A stretch of DNA of 64,000 bases from NCBI GenBank assembly GCA_964291285.2, contig OZ219786.1:960001-1024000 (forward strand), written 5' to 3'. The translations under genes and the position numbers were made by a program. This DNA comes from Alphaproteobacteria bacterium. GTDB taxonomy: Bacteria; Pseudomonadota; Alphaproteobacteria; Bin95. Numbering within the stretch: the stretch's first letter is position 1; every line of letters starts with the position of its first letter. The notes under the pieces were generated by a model. It was not told the DNA's origin. It saw only the letters and a program-made list of their open reading frames with translations, and ran no database searches. Shown in pieces: positions 10,008 to 20,604 of the stretch.

Positions 10008-10883
10008 ATGGGCTGGCTCGACCGCATCGCCGAATGCAACCGGCACGACCTGTCCGGCTTCCTGCCGTTCGAGGTCGGGGAAAAGCGGATCGGCTGGGTC
10101 CGCCGCAGCCTGGCGGAACGGCTTGCCGGGCGGCCGGAAGTCTTCGCCGTCGGGGCCGGCTCGGCCGGTTTCGCGCCCGCCCTCGACACGCCCGAACAGC
10201 GGACCGCCGCGCTCGCCGGGATCGTCCGCGAATGGCACGGGAACGGCCTGCTGCGCCGGGTCAGCGGGGAGCTGCTTGCCGTCGGCGCAAGCCTCGCCGA
10301 GCCGCCGCTTTTCCTGATCGACCGCTCGGCCGTGCAGGCCTTCGGCTTCAGCGCGGTGGGCGTGCATGTGAACGGCTATGTGCAGCGCCCGGACGGGCTG
10401 CATGTCTGGATCGCCGAGCGCGCCGCCGGGCGCCACAGCTATCCGGGCATGCTCGACAACATGGTCGCCGGGGGCCAGCCGGCCGGCCTCTCGCTGATGG
10501 AGAACGTCGTCAAGGAAGCGGGCGAGGAGGCCGGTATCCCCTCTGCGCTCGCCGGGACCGCGCGGCCCGCCGGCGCCGTCACCTACTGCCTCGAAACCGA
10601 AGCCGGCCTGCGCCCGGATATCCTCTACGTGTACGACCTCGAGCTCCCGGCCGGGTTCCAGCCTCGCAACAGCGACGGCGAGGTCGCCTGCTTCGAACTC
10701 TGGCCGGCAGGACGCCTGGCCGAAACCGTGCGGGACACCGGGCGGTTCAAGTTCAACTGCAATCTCGTCATCATCGACTTCCTCATCCGCCGGGGCGTTC
10801 TCGGCCCGGAAGAGCCGGACTATCCCGCCATTCTCGCCGGCCTCCGCCCCGCTCTGCCCATCGACCCCTGGCGGTTGTGGTAG
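10008..10883 (+). CDS. DUF4743/Nudix hydrolase (thiamine pyrophosphokinase-related)
   Basis: GVHVNGY, YPGMLDNMVAGG, KEAGEEAG Nudix box, DGEV, FKFNCNLV. Confidence 0.85.
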   Translation: MGWLDRIAECNRHDLSGFLPFEVGEKRIGWVRRSLAERLAGRPEVFAVGAGSAGFAPALDTPEQRTAALAGIVREWHGNGLLRRVSGELLAVGASLAEPPLFLIDRSAVQAFGFSAVGVHVNGYVQRPDGLHVWIAERAAGRHSYPGMLDNMVAGGQPAGLSLMENVVKEAGEEAGIPSALAGTARPAGAVTYCLETEAGLRPDILYVYDLELPAGFQPRNSDGEVACFELWPAGRLAETVRDTGRFKFNCNLVIIDFLIRRGVLGPEEPDYPAILAGLRPALPIDPWRLW

Positions 10884-10915
10884 TCTGCGTTTATCCGGCG
10901 AAGCGGGAGGTTCCG

Positions 10916-11809
10916 ATGGTCCACGATGTCCTGAGTGACGGTTTCCTGGAGGTCGTCGACCCGGACGCGGCGCCGGAAAAGATCGGCGGCGGCTTCGATT
11001 TCACCGAGGGGCCGGTCTGGCATCCGCGCGACAGGACCGTGGTCTTCTCCGACATGCCGGGCAACCACATGCGCGTGTGGACCGAGGCCGGCGGCGTCGC
11101 CACCTTCCGCAAGCCCAGCAACATGGCGAACGGCAATGCCTACGACCTCGAAGGCCGGCTCGTCACCTGCGAGCACGCCACCAGCCGGGTGACGCGCACG
11201 GGCCATGACGGCGGCATCGAGGTGCTCGCCAGCCACTATGACGGCAAGGAGCTCAACAGCCCGAACGACATCATCGTGGCTTCCGACGGCGCGATAATCT
11301 TCACCGATCCGGGCTTCGGCCGCATGGCCTATTACGGCGTCGAGCGCGAGTCCCAACTGGATTTCCGCGGCGTCTACCGGCTGGAAGCGGGCGGCGGAGG
11401 ACCGCGCCTGCTGGCCTCGGATTTCGACCAGCCGAACGGCCTCTGCCTCTCGCTCGACGAAAAGCGGCTCTGGATCAACGACACCATGCGCGGCCACATC
11501 CGCGTTTTCGATGTCGGTGCCGGCGGCGCGCTTTTCTCCGGCCGCATCTGGGCGGAGGTTGCAGGCGAGGGGCCGGGCCTGCCCGACGGCATGAAGATCG
11601 ACGCGGAGGAGCGGATCTATTGCACCGGCCCCGGCCCCGGTATCCATGTATTCGACCGCGACGCGCAACCGCTGGGCGTCATCCGCATCCCGGAAGGCTG
11701 CGCCAATTTCTGCTTCGGCGGCGAAGATATGCGCACCCTCTTCGCCACCGCCTCCACCTCCCTCTACCGCATCCCCCTGCGCGCGGCGGGGCCGGCATTG
11801 CGGTTCTGA
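10916..11809 (+). CDS. SMP-30/gluconolactonase family protein
   Basis: FTEGPVW, LNSPND, FTDP, PNGL, PDGMKID. Confidence 0.92.
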   Translation: MVHDVLSDGFLEVVDPDAAPEKIGGGFDFTEGPVWHPRDRTVVFSDMPGNHMRVWTEAGGVATFRKPSNMANGNAYDLEGRLVTCEHATSRVTRTGHDGGIEVLASHYDGKELNSPNDIIVASDGAIIFTDPGFGRMAYYGVERESQLDFRGVYRLEAGGGGPRLLASDFDQPNGLCLSLDEKRLWINDTMRGHIRVFDVGAGGALFSGRIWAEVAGEGPGLPDGMKIDAEERIYCTGPGPGIHVFDRDAQPLGVIRIPEGCANFCFGGEDMRTLFATASTSLYRIPLRAAGPALRF

Positions 11810-11816
11810 AGCAGAC

Positions 11817-11890
11817 CGTTGCGAGACGGCTCGCTGCAGGAGAGGTTGTGAACTGTCAATATATGTTCGCCAAACGAACTTCTGAAGGTT
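11817..11890 (+). pseudogene. Frameshifted C-terminal remnant of a PIN/VapC-like toxin
   Basis: ETARCRRGCELSI followed by ICSPNELL in another frame; resembles the C..G..P.ICTPEEL end of a PIN family. Lower GC than the flanks. Confidence 0.4.
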
Positions 11891-11895
11891 ACGTC

Positions 11896-12033
11896 ATGGC
11901 GGCCGGAAAATCCGACCCGGTGATTGCCGAACTCCGGGCCGTCAAGGACCCCTGCGCGGCGGAATTCGACTTCGATATCGACGCGATTTGCGACCATCTG
12001 GTTTCTGCAGAGAAAACTTCCGGACAGACTTAG
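11896..12033 (+). CDS. Small protein of the type found next to PIN toxins (putative antitoxin-like)
   Basis: MAAGKSDPVIAELRAVKD..AAEFDFDIDAI..HL...EK.SG resembles the DP(I/V)..E.R..R...A..F..D..AI pattern of such proteins. Confidence 0.45.
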   Translation: MAAGKSDPVIAELRAVKDPCAAEFDFDIDAICDHLVSAEKTSGQT

Positions 12034-12251
12034 GTCCCTTATCTTCCGCGCCGTGTCCTGGTGGAAGCGCCGCACGGCGAGTGATCGTGTCCGGGACGGC
12101 CCCGGTGAAGTCGAACAAAGCGTGGCCTTGACCGGCATTTGGCGGGGTTTCCCGATCGGTATTTGGCGCGGCCGGTGACCGGGGCCGGGGCGGGAGGCAG
12201 TCCCCCTCCAAAGTCGCAAAGAATGAAAAAAATCTAATGATTTTGACTTTT

Positions 12252-12293
12252 GTTCGTGTTTTGATCTTGACATCTGGCGGATTGTGATATGAT
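12252..12293 (+). promoter_or_regulatory. Sigma70-type promoter with extended -10, preceded by a degenerate LexA box
   Basis: TTGACA 12267-12272, 15-nt spacer, TGnTATGAT 12285-12293. GTTC-N7-GATC at 12252-12266. AT-rich patch in GC-rich DNA. Confidence 0.6.
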
Positions 12294-12522
12294 GGTCCCC
12301 GGGGAAGCGGATCCGGAGCCGCGTCCCCGGGTGCCGCGCGGCCGAGCGGCGCTATTTCTGAAAACCCGTGAGAAGCCGACGGGAGACGTGCGCCCTCTGC
12401 CTCGCGCGCGCAATCAGGCGCGCGAACCGCGCCGGCGCCGACACGCGCCCGGGCAGGCGCGGGCGCCCGCGCAGGATACGCGCGGAAAAGGGACCCGCTC
12501 CCGGTCGGAGCAAGGAGGAACG
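12294..12522 (+). repeat. Conserved structured leader / candidate ncRNA, copy 1
   Basis: Shares ordered blocks with the reverse complement of 24484-24733, including 38 identical nt (12407-12444 = rc 24587-24624). Ends at RBS AAGGAGG + ATG 12523. Confidence 0.75.
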
Positions 12523-12538
12523 ATGACCGCAAAGCGCA

Positions 12539-12647
12539 ACCGTCACCCCGGCCGGAGCGGAGCGGAGAGCCGGGGTCCATCCTCCGCCCTCTCTACCGGG
12601 CTGCAACGGTCAGGGATGGGCCCCGGCTCCGGGGCCGGGGCGACGGT
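12539..12647. repeat. Alphaproteobacterial REP/RPE-like palindromic element
   Basis: Outer inverted repeat ACCGTCACCCCGGCC/GGCCGGGGCGACGGT; inner inverted repeat GAGCCGGGGTCCATCC/GGATGGGCCCCGGCTC. Confidence 0.7.
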
Positions 12648-12731
12648 GAACGCAAGACACAGAAGGAGACCGAAGAGTGGATGACTTCATGCCGGAAACG
12701 GCTACAGCATATAAACCCTGCGCATGGAAAA

Positions 12732-12801
12732 CATGACACTTCATGACATGTTGCGCAGTGTCCTGCGGGGCCCGCATGACAAAACATGACATCTCATGAC
12801 A
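12732..12801 (+). repeat. CATGACA direct-repeat array, 10-bp period
   Basis: CATGACA at 12732, 12742, 12775, 12785 and 12795. Confidence 0.85.
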
Positions 12802-12849
12802 TCGGCCGGGGAGGCGCGGCGCGTCCGCATTGCGGTCCTGCCGCTTTGT

Positions 12850-13881
12850 TCAGCGGTCGTCGGGCCAGGTGTCGGCGAGGCGGTAGCCGCGCGGCCAGGG
12901 GTCGTCGGGATCGACCATGATCTGGCGCGTGCCGGTGATCCAGGCGCGGCCGGCGAGCGAGGGCAGGATGGCCGGGCGGCCGCCCACCGTGGTCTCGCCC
13001 TCGATCAGGCAGTCGAAACGGGAATCGATCAGCGAGACGCCCACAAAGCTGTCACCCGCGCGGAGAACGCCCCTGGCGTGCAGCGTGGCGAGCCGGGCGG
13101 AGCAGCCGGTGCCGCAGGGCGAGCGGTCGATCTTGCCGGGGCGGATGGCGACCGCATTGCGGCCGTGAGGGATGCCGCCGCGGGTTTCGAGCGGGGCGGC
13201 GAACTGGCAGAAGGAGAGGTGCGCCCAGTCCGCCTGCTCGGGATGGCGGAAGCCGATCTGTTCGTTTGCGGCGCTGACGATGCGCATGCCGGTGACGGCG
13301 AGGTCGCGCGCCTCGTCGGGCCGGAGCACGAAGCCGAGCGCGGCCGCGTCCACGATGGCGTAGCTGTCGCCGCCATAGGCGGTATCGACCCGGAGCGTGC
13401 CGAAGCCCTCGACTTCGAGCGGCGCGTCGAGCCGGTCGGCGAAGGACGGGACATTGCGGATGCGCACCCGCTCGGCCTTGCCGTCCCGGCAGGCGGCGAC
13501 CGCCTCGACCAGCCCGCCCGGCGCCTCCAGCAGGAAGCGGGTCTCCGGTTCCTCCATCGCCACGATGCCGGTTTCCAGAGCCACGGTCGCGACGCACATC
13601 GCGTTGGAGCCGGACATGGGCGGCGTGTCCTCCGGTTCCATGACGATGAAGCCCATCGCCGCGGCCGGGTCCTTTGCCGGCACGAGCAGGTTCACATGGC
13701 GGAAAACGCCGCCGCGCGGCTCGTTCAGCACCACGTCGCGCAGCCAGCCGTCCCGCTCGATGAAGTTCCTCTGCTCCCAGAGCGTCGCCCCCGGCGGCGG
13801 CGCCACCCCGCCCACGATCACGTCCCCCACCTCGCCCTCGGCATGGCAGCCGACGACATGGATCAGCTGCGTCGTCCGCAT
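12850..13881 (-). CDS. Proline racemase / hydroxyproline epimerase family protein (Ser/Cys type)
   Basis: [31 protein letters not shown]. Confidence 0.88.
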   Translation of the reverse strand: MRTTQLIHVVGCHAEGEVGDVIVGGVAPPPGATLWEQRNFIERDGWLRDVVLNEPRGGVFRHVNLLVPAKDPAAAMGFIVMEPEDTPPMSGSNAMCVATVALETGIVAMEEPETRFLLEAPGGLVEAVAACRDGKAERVRIRNVPSFADRLDAPLEVEGFGTLRVDTAYGGDSYAIVDAAALGFVLRPDEARDLAVTGMRIVSAANEQIGFRHPEQADWAHLSFCQFAAPLETRGGIPHGRNAVAIRPGKIDRSPCGTGCSARLATLHARGVLRAGDSFVGVSLIDSRFDCLIEGETTVGGRPAILPSLAGRAWITGTRQIMVDPDDPWPRGYRLADTWPDDR

Positions 13882-13905
13882 GGTTCAGCGCGAGGCCCGG
13901 CCGGC

Positions 13906-15075
13906 CTATCCACCCGTTCCCGCGAACAGCGCCGGGTCGGGCGATTCGAGCAGGCGCTTCAGCCGCGAGAGGAAGCGCCCGGCGGGGGCGCCGTCGAGGG
14001 CTCGGTGGTCGAAGGTGACGACGAAGGTGGCGATGTCGCGGATCGCGACCTCATTGCCGGCCACGGCAGGCATGCGCCGCATCCGGCCGACGCCGAGAAT
14101 GGCGCATTGCGGCGGGTTGAGCACCGGCGTGAACCAGTCCACGCCGAGCGCGGCGAGGTTGGTGACCGTGAAGGTGGCGCCCTCGAAGTCCGCCGGGGCG
14201 AGCTTGCGGGACTTTGCCCTTGCCGCGAGGTCCGCCGCGGCGTGCGCGATGCCGCCGAGGTCCAGCCTGCCGGCGTCGCGCAGCACCGGCACCACGAGCC
14301 CGTCCTCGACATCCACGGCCATGCCGAGATTGATCTCCCGGTAGCGGTGGATCGCCCCGTCGACGAGGGCCGCGTTGAGCGCCGGGTTCGCCTCCAGCGC
14401 GGCGGCGGCGGCCTTCAGCACGATGTCGTTGAGCGCCGGCACGATGCCGTAGGCCGCGCGCCATTCGCTGCGGTTGGCGTTGCGGAAGGCCCGCATGGCG
14501 GTCATGTCAATATCGAGGCCTTCGGTCACCTGCGGCGCGCCGGTCCAGTGCGCGCTGAGGCGCTCGGCCGTGACCCGGCGGATGCCTTCGAGCGGCACCA
14601 CGTCATGCGCGGGCTCGCCCGAGGGCTTCTCTTCCAGCGGCGGGGCGTCACCCGAGTCGACGGCGCGCTGCACGTCCTCCTTGGTGACGCGCCCGCCGGG
14701 TCCGGTGCCCTCCAGCCGGTCGGCGTCCACGCCGTGCCGTTCCGCGAGGCGCCGCGCGACGGGCGTGACGCGCTGTTCGTCCGACACGGCCGCCGGCGCC
14801 GCCGCCGTCTCGTCCGTCCTGTCCGGCAGGTCCTCGCCCGCGTCGCCGATCCAGGCGAGCGTGGCGCCCACCGGGTATTCCCGGTCCGCCTCCGCGTCGA
14901 TGCGCAGCAGCACGCCGCCGGCCGGCGCCTCGACATCGACCGTCGCCTTGTCGGTCTCGACGGAGTAGAGCGGCGCGCCCTGTTCGACCGGAGCGCCTTC
15001 GGCCGCATACCATTCCACGATCCTGCCGCGCTCCATGGTGTGGCCGAGCGCGGCGAGCCTGAGGCGGACCGCCAT
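13906..15075 (-). CDS. 2-oxoacid/acetoin dehydrogenase E2 (dihydrolipoamide acyltransferase)
   Basis: Lipoyl ETDKA, E3-binding GTGPGGRVTKEDV, FTPVLNPP, FDHRALDG. Confidence 0.9.
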   Translation of the reverse strand: MAVRLRLAALGHTMERGRIVEWYAAEGAPVEQGAPLYSVETDKATVDVEAPAGGVLLRIDAEADREYPVGATLAWIGDAGEDLPDRTDETAAAPAAVSDEQRVTPVARRLAERHGVDADRLEGTGPGGRVTKEDVQRAVDSGDAPPLEEKPSGEPAHDVVPLEGIRRVTAERLSAHWTGAPQVTEGLDIDMTAMRAFRNANRSEWRAAYGIVPALNDIVLKAAAAALEANPALNAALVDGAIHRYREINLGMAVDVEDGLVVPVLRDAGRLDLGGIAHAAADLAARAKSRKLAPADFEGATFTVTNLAALGVDWFTPVLNPPQCAILGVGRMRRMPAVAGNEVAIRDIATFVVTFDHRALDGAPAGRFLSRLKRLLESPDPALFAGTGG

Positions 15076-16046
15076 CAGGCCATGACCTTCCGCACGGCTG
15101 CCGAGACGTCCCCGACATCGGGAACCGTGACGTTGACCAGTTCCTCGGCGAAGGGCATGGGCACATGCGGGCTGCCGACCCGCACGATGGGTGCGCGCAG
15201 GTCGTGAAAGCACTGCTCGGCGAGCGCGGCCGCGATCTCCGCGCCGGTGCCGGCGAAGGAGGAATCCATCTCGCAAACCACGGCGCGCCCGGTGCGGCGC
15301 ACGGATTCGCAGATCGTCTCCATGTCGAGCGGGGCCAGCGTCCTCGGGTCCACGACCTCGATGTCGTAGCCCTCGTCCTCCAGCGCGATGCCCGCCTCCA
15401 GCGCGCGGGGCACCATGCCGCCGATGGCGACCACGGTCGCGTCCTCGCCTTCCCGCTTGATGTCCGCCTTGCCGAAGGGGATGACATAGTCCTCCTCCGG
15501 CACCCCGCCCTCGCTGACATAGAGCGCCTTGTATTCGAAGAACGCCACGGGGTCGGGGCTGCGGATCGCGGTCTTCATCAGCCCCTTGGCGTCATAGGGC
15601 GTGCTCGGCGCCGCCACCTGGAGGCCCGGCACGTGCATGAACCAGGATTCCATGATCTGCGAATGCTGGGCCGCGACCAGCCGGGCGGGCCCGCAGGGCA
15701 GGCGGATGACGATGGGCACGCTCGCCTGCCCGCCGGTCATGTAGCGCATCTTGGCGGCCTGGTTGACGACCTCGTCCATCGCGCAGGTGATGAAATCGAC
15801 ATACATGATCTCGACCACCGGGCGCATGCCGGCGAGCGCGGCGCCGACCCCGAGGCCGACAATGCCCGCCTCCGCAATCGGCGTCTCGAAGATCCGGTCC
15901 GGCCACTTGTCCACGATGCCCTGGGTGACGGTATAGGGGCCGCCATGAGCGATCACGTCCTCGCCGATGACGAACACGCTCTCGTCGCGGGCCATTTCCT
16001 CGTGCAGCGCTTCCCGGAGCGCGTCGCGGAGCGCGATGGTCCTCAT
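15075..16046 (-). CDS. 2-oxoacid/acetoin dehydrogenase E1 beta
   Basis: GEDV, TPIAEAG, RPVVEIM, QHSQ, DPRTLAPLD. Confidence 0.92.
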   Translation of the reverse strand: MRTIALRDALREALHEEMARDESVFVIGEDVIAHGGPYTVTQGIVDKWPDRIFETPIAEAGIVGLGVGAALAGMRPVVEIMYVDFITCAMDEVVNQAAKMRYMTGGQASVPIVIRLPCGPARLVAAQHSQIMESWFMHVPGLQVAAPSTPYDAKGLMKTAIRSPDPVAFFEYKALYVSEGGVPEEDYVIPFGKADIKREGEDATVVAIGGMVPRALEAGIALEDEGYDIEVVDPRTLAPLDMETICESVRRTGRAVVCEMDSSFAGTGAEIAAALAEQCFHDLRAPIVRVGSPHVPMPFAEELVNVTVPDVGDVSAAVRKVMA

Positions 16047-17026
16047 GCCGAAACCCTCCATTCCGTATCCAGCACGTCGGTCAGCACGTCCTCCGGGTCC
16101 GGCAGCGGGCTCTCCTCGGCATAGGCCACGGACTTCGCGACCTCCGCCGTCACTTCCGCCTGGATCGCCTCGTCCTCATCGTCGCCCAGCCACTGGCGCT
16201 CCTTCATCCACGCGCTGAACAGCTTGATCGGGTCGCGGTTCTCGCGCCAGTCATCGACTTCCTCGCGCGAGCGGTATTCCTCCATGTCGCCGAGGCTGTG
16301 CCCGTAGAAGCGGTAGGTCCGCGCCTCGATCAGCGTCGGGCCCTCGCCGCGCCGGGCGCGCTCCACCGCCTCCCCGGCGGCGTCATAGACCGCCTCAAGG
16401 TCCTGCCCGTCCACCGAGACGCCGGGGATGGCGTAGGAGGCCGCCATGTCGGCCACCGAGTCCACCACGGCGACATTCCTGCGCGGCACCCATTGCTGGT
16501 AGCCGTTGTTTTCGCAGACATAGACGACCGGCAGCTTCCAGAGCGAGCCGAACAGGAGGCCCTCATGGAAGGGGCCGCGCGCTGCCGCCCCGTCGCCGAA
16601 GAAGACAACCGACACCTGGTCGCTCCTGCGGATCCTGCTCGCAAGCGCCGTGCCGGTGCCGGGGCCGATGCCGCCGGCGACGATGCCGTTCGCGCCCAGT
16701 ATGTTGCGGGAGAAGTCGGCGATATGCATGGAGCCGCCCTTGGCGCGGCAACTGCCGGTCGCGCGCCCGAACAGCTCCGCCATCATGCGGTCCATCGGCG
16801 CGCCCTTGGCGAGGCAGTGCCCGTGGCTGCGGTGGGTTCCCAGCACATAGTCGTCGTCGCGCAGATGCGCGCACACCGCGACCGCAATGGCTTCCTCGCC
16901 GCAATAGGTGTGGAGCGTGCCCTTGACGGAGCCGAGGCTGGTCTGGCGCAGCGCTTCTTCCTCGAAGAGGCGGATTCGCCACATGTCCGTGTAGATCCTG
17001 CGGCTGAGCTCGGCATTGAGAGTCAT
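16043..17026 (-). CDS. 2-oxoacid/acetoin dehydrogenase E1 alpha (TPP-dependent)
   Basis: THRSHGH, KGGSMH, FFGDGA, CENN, TYRFYGHS. Confidence 0.92.
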   Translation of the reverse strand: MTLNAELSRRIYTDMWRIRLFEEEALRQTSLGSVKGTLHTYCGEEAIAVAVCAHLRDDDYVLGTHRSHGHCLAKGAPMDRMMAELFGRATGSCRAKGGSMHIADFSRNILGANGIVAGGIGPGTGTALASRIRRSDQVSVVFFGDGAAARGPFHEGLLFGSLWKLPVVYVCENNGYQQWVPRRNVAVVDSVADMAASYAIPGVSVDGQDLEAVYDAAGEAVERARRGEGPTLIEARTYRFYGHSLGDMEEYRSREEVDDWRENRDPIKLFSAWMKERQWLGDDEDEAIQAEVTAEVAKSVAYAEESPLPDPEDVLTDVLDTEWRVSA

Positions 17027-17201
17027 GGCGCCTCCGGTTCGCTGTTCGGGCCTGTCGCCGCCTATATTCACGGAGACGCGCCCGGATGTCATCAGGAGTT
17101 GCGGCGGGTCGCAGACAGGCCCGGCTGCCGAAACGCAACCGGTTCAACCGGACGGGCCGCGGCCCGATGCCCGACGCCGGTTCCCGGAACCCCGGAAGGC
17201 G

Positions 17202-18287
17202 CTACTCCGCCGCCTCCGCCCCGAACGCCGGCGAGAAGTGGGGGGCGACTTCGCGGGCGAAGCGGGCCATGACTTCCCGTTGCAGGTCCTTGGGCATGCC
17301 GGGCGTGGCGGCGGAAACGAGCGCGTAGTCAAAGCCGAGCGCCGCATAGCCCCTGAGGCGCTCCACGGCGGTTTCGGGCGAGCCGACAAGGTTCATCTCG
17401 CAATAAGGGCCGAGCTCGTCCGGGTCCGCCATCTTGCGCAGATTGGCGAACATGCGGGAGAACTGCTGGTATTCTTCGATATTCTCCCAGGGGTTCGCGT
17501 CCGCTTCGTAATGGTCCGCCTGGATGGTGAAATAGGGCGGGAAATAGCGCCGGGCGAGCTTCAGGGCCTCGTCGTCGCTGTCGGCGATCAGCATCTTGAT
17601 CGAGATGGCCTTGGTCCGATCCGCCCTGGCGGGCGCGCTCTCGTTCCAGGTCCCGAGAATCCTCTCCAGAAGACGGGCCGGGAAGGTGGAGAGGCAGAGC
17701 GGCGGCAGCTCCAGCCCCGCCATCACGCCGGCGCTCTGCGGGCTGCCGATGGCGCCGTAGAACTTCACCGGCTTGCCCACCGGCTCCGGGCGCAGGCGGA
17801 CCGGGCGCGGCACCTTGTAGTAGGCCCCGTCATGGATGAATTCCTGCCCCGAGAGGCCCTTGCGGATGATGTCCAGCGATTCCGCGAACCGGCCCCGCGC
17901 TTCCGGCATGGACACCCCGTAAGCGTCGTATTCCGACTTCGCCGTGCCGCGCCCGAGGCCCAGATGCAGCGTGCCGCGCGTCAGCGAGTTCAGCATCGCG
18001 ATCTCTTCGGCAATCCGCACCGGATGGTACCAGGGCAGCACGAGCACCGAGGTGCCGAGCCCGATATCCGGGCAGAGCGCCGCCACATGCGCCATGAACA
18101 GCAGCGGGCTCGGCGTCGGGTAGTAGTCCGAGAAATGGTGCTCCAGCATCCAGACCGATTCGTAGCCCAGCGTTTCGGCGAGCTTCACGTCCTCGATCAC
18201 CTCGTCGTAGAGCACCTTGTCGGACTTGCGGACATCGGTGGAGGGCGCGGTCTGCACACCGAAGGTCATGGCTCGGACCGTCGTCAT
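17202..18287 (-). CDS. LLM-class flavin-dependent oxidoreductase
   Basis: W.LEHHFS, LPWYHPVRIAEE, LGLGRG. Confidence 0.9.
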   Translation of the reverse strand: MTTVRAMTFGVQTAPSTDVRKSDKVLYDEVIEDVKLAETLGYESVWMLEHHFSDYYPTPSPLLFMAHVAALCPDIGLGTSVLVLPWYHPVRIAEEIAMLNSLTRGTLHLGLGRGTAKSEYDAYGVSMPEARGRFAESLDIIRKGLSGQEFIHDGAYYKVPRPVRLRPEPVGKPVKFYGAIGSPQSAGVMAGLELPPLCLSTFPARLLERILGTWNESAPARADRTKAISIKMLIADSDDEALKLARRYFPPYFTIQADHYEADANPWENIEEYQQFSRMFANLRKMADPDELGPYCEMNLVGSPETAVERLRGYAALGFDYALVSAATPGMPKDLQREVMARFAREVAPHFSPAFGAEAAE

Positions 18288-18417
18288 GGGCGCGGCTTCC
18301 TTTGCTTGCGGGCCTGGAGAGCGGAGGCTACCCGCCAAGCGTCACGGTCGGCAAGCGCAAGCGGCGCTGCCGAACCGACAGCGCCGCCCGGACTGCGTCA
18401 GGGGCGCGAATTCTCCG

Positions 18418-20080
<1,663 letters not shown>

Positions 20081-20125
20081 TGCCGTTTCCGAACTCCTGC
20101 AGAGGACGACCGTTCCTCCAGAAAG

Positions 20126-20143
20126 ACGCAAATTGCGTGCCGT
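20126..20143 (-). promoter_or_regulatory. Sigma54 (-24/-12) promoter of amtB-glnK
   Basis: Minus strand CGGCAC-GCAAT-TTGCG = GG-N10-GC, ~45 nt upstream of amtB. Confidence 0.75.
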
Positions 20144-20170
20144 AAGGCGGCAATGTGCCGGGAGAACCGT

Positions 20171-20575
20171 CTATCCTCCCTTGCGCGGCCGCTCGGCGAC
20201 CGGCCCGCCGGCGTCCTTCCAGGCCGTGAAGCCGCCTTCGATATGGGCGACGGGCTCCAGGCCCATATCCTGCAGCGTTTCCGTCGCCAGGGCCGAGCGC
20301 CAGCCGCTGGCGCAGTAGAAGACGAACTTCTTGCCGCTCGCGAACACATCGCGGTGATAGGGGCTCGCCGGATCGACCCAGAATTCCAGCATGCCGCGCG
20401 GCGCATGCAGCGCGCCCGGGATCATGCCGTCGCGGTCGAGCTCGCGCACGTCGCGGATATCGACGATCTGCACGGACTCGCTGTCCTGGAGCGCCAGAGC
20501 CTCGGCGGCAGGGATTTCCTCGATCTTTGCGCGCGCGGCGGCGAGGAGTTGGTCGATGCCCTTGGTGATGGCCAT
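20171..20575 (-). CDS. Rhodanese-like protein
   Basis: VDIRD.RE, IPGA.H.PRGMLEF, YCASGWRS, GGFTAW. Confidence 0.88.
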   Translation of the reverse strand: MAITKGIDQLLAAARAKIEEIPAAEALALQDSESVQIVDIRDVRELDRDGMIPGALHAPRGMLEFWVDPASPYHRDVFASGKKFVFYCASGWRSALATETLQDMGLEPVAHIEGGFTAWKDAGGPVAERPRKGG

Positions 20576-20604
20576 GGGATACGGTCGCTTTCCTGGTTTG
20601 CGGG

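Noticed and set aside
12294-12522. Leader as a retron msr-msd, group II intron or DGR part
   Set aside because: No reverse transcriptase in the window and no diagnostic motifs recognised.
12732-12801. CATGACA arrays as a CRISPR array
   Set aside because: 7-nt repeats with 3-nt spacers and no cas genes.
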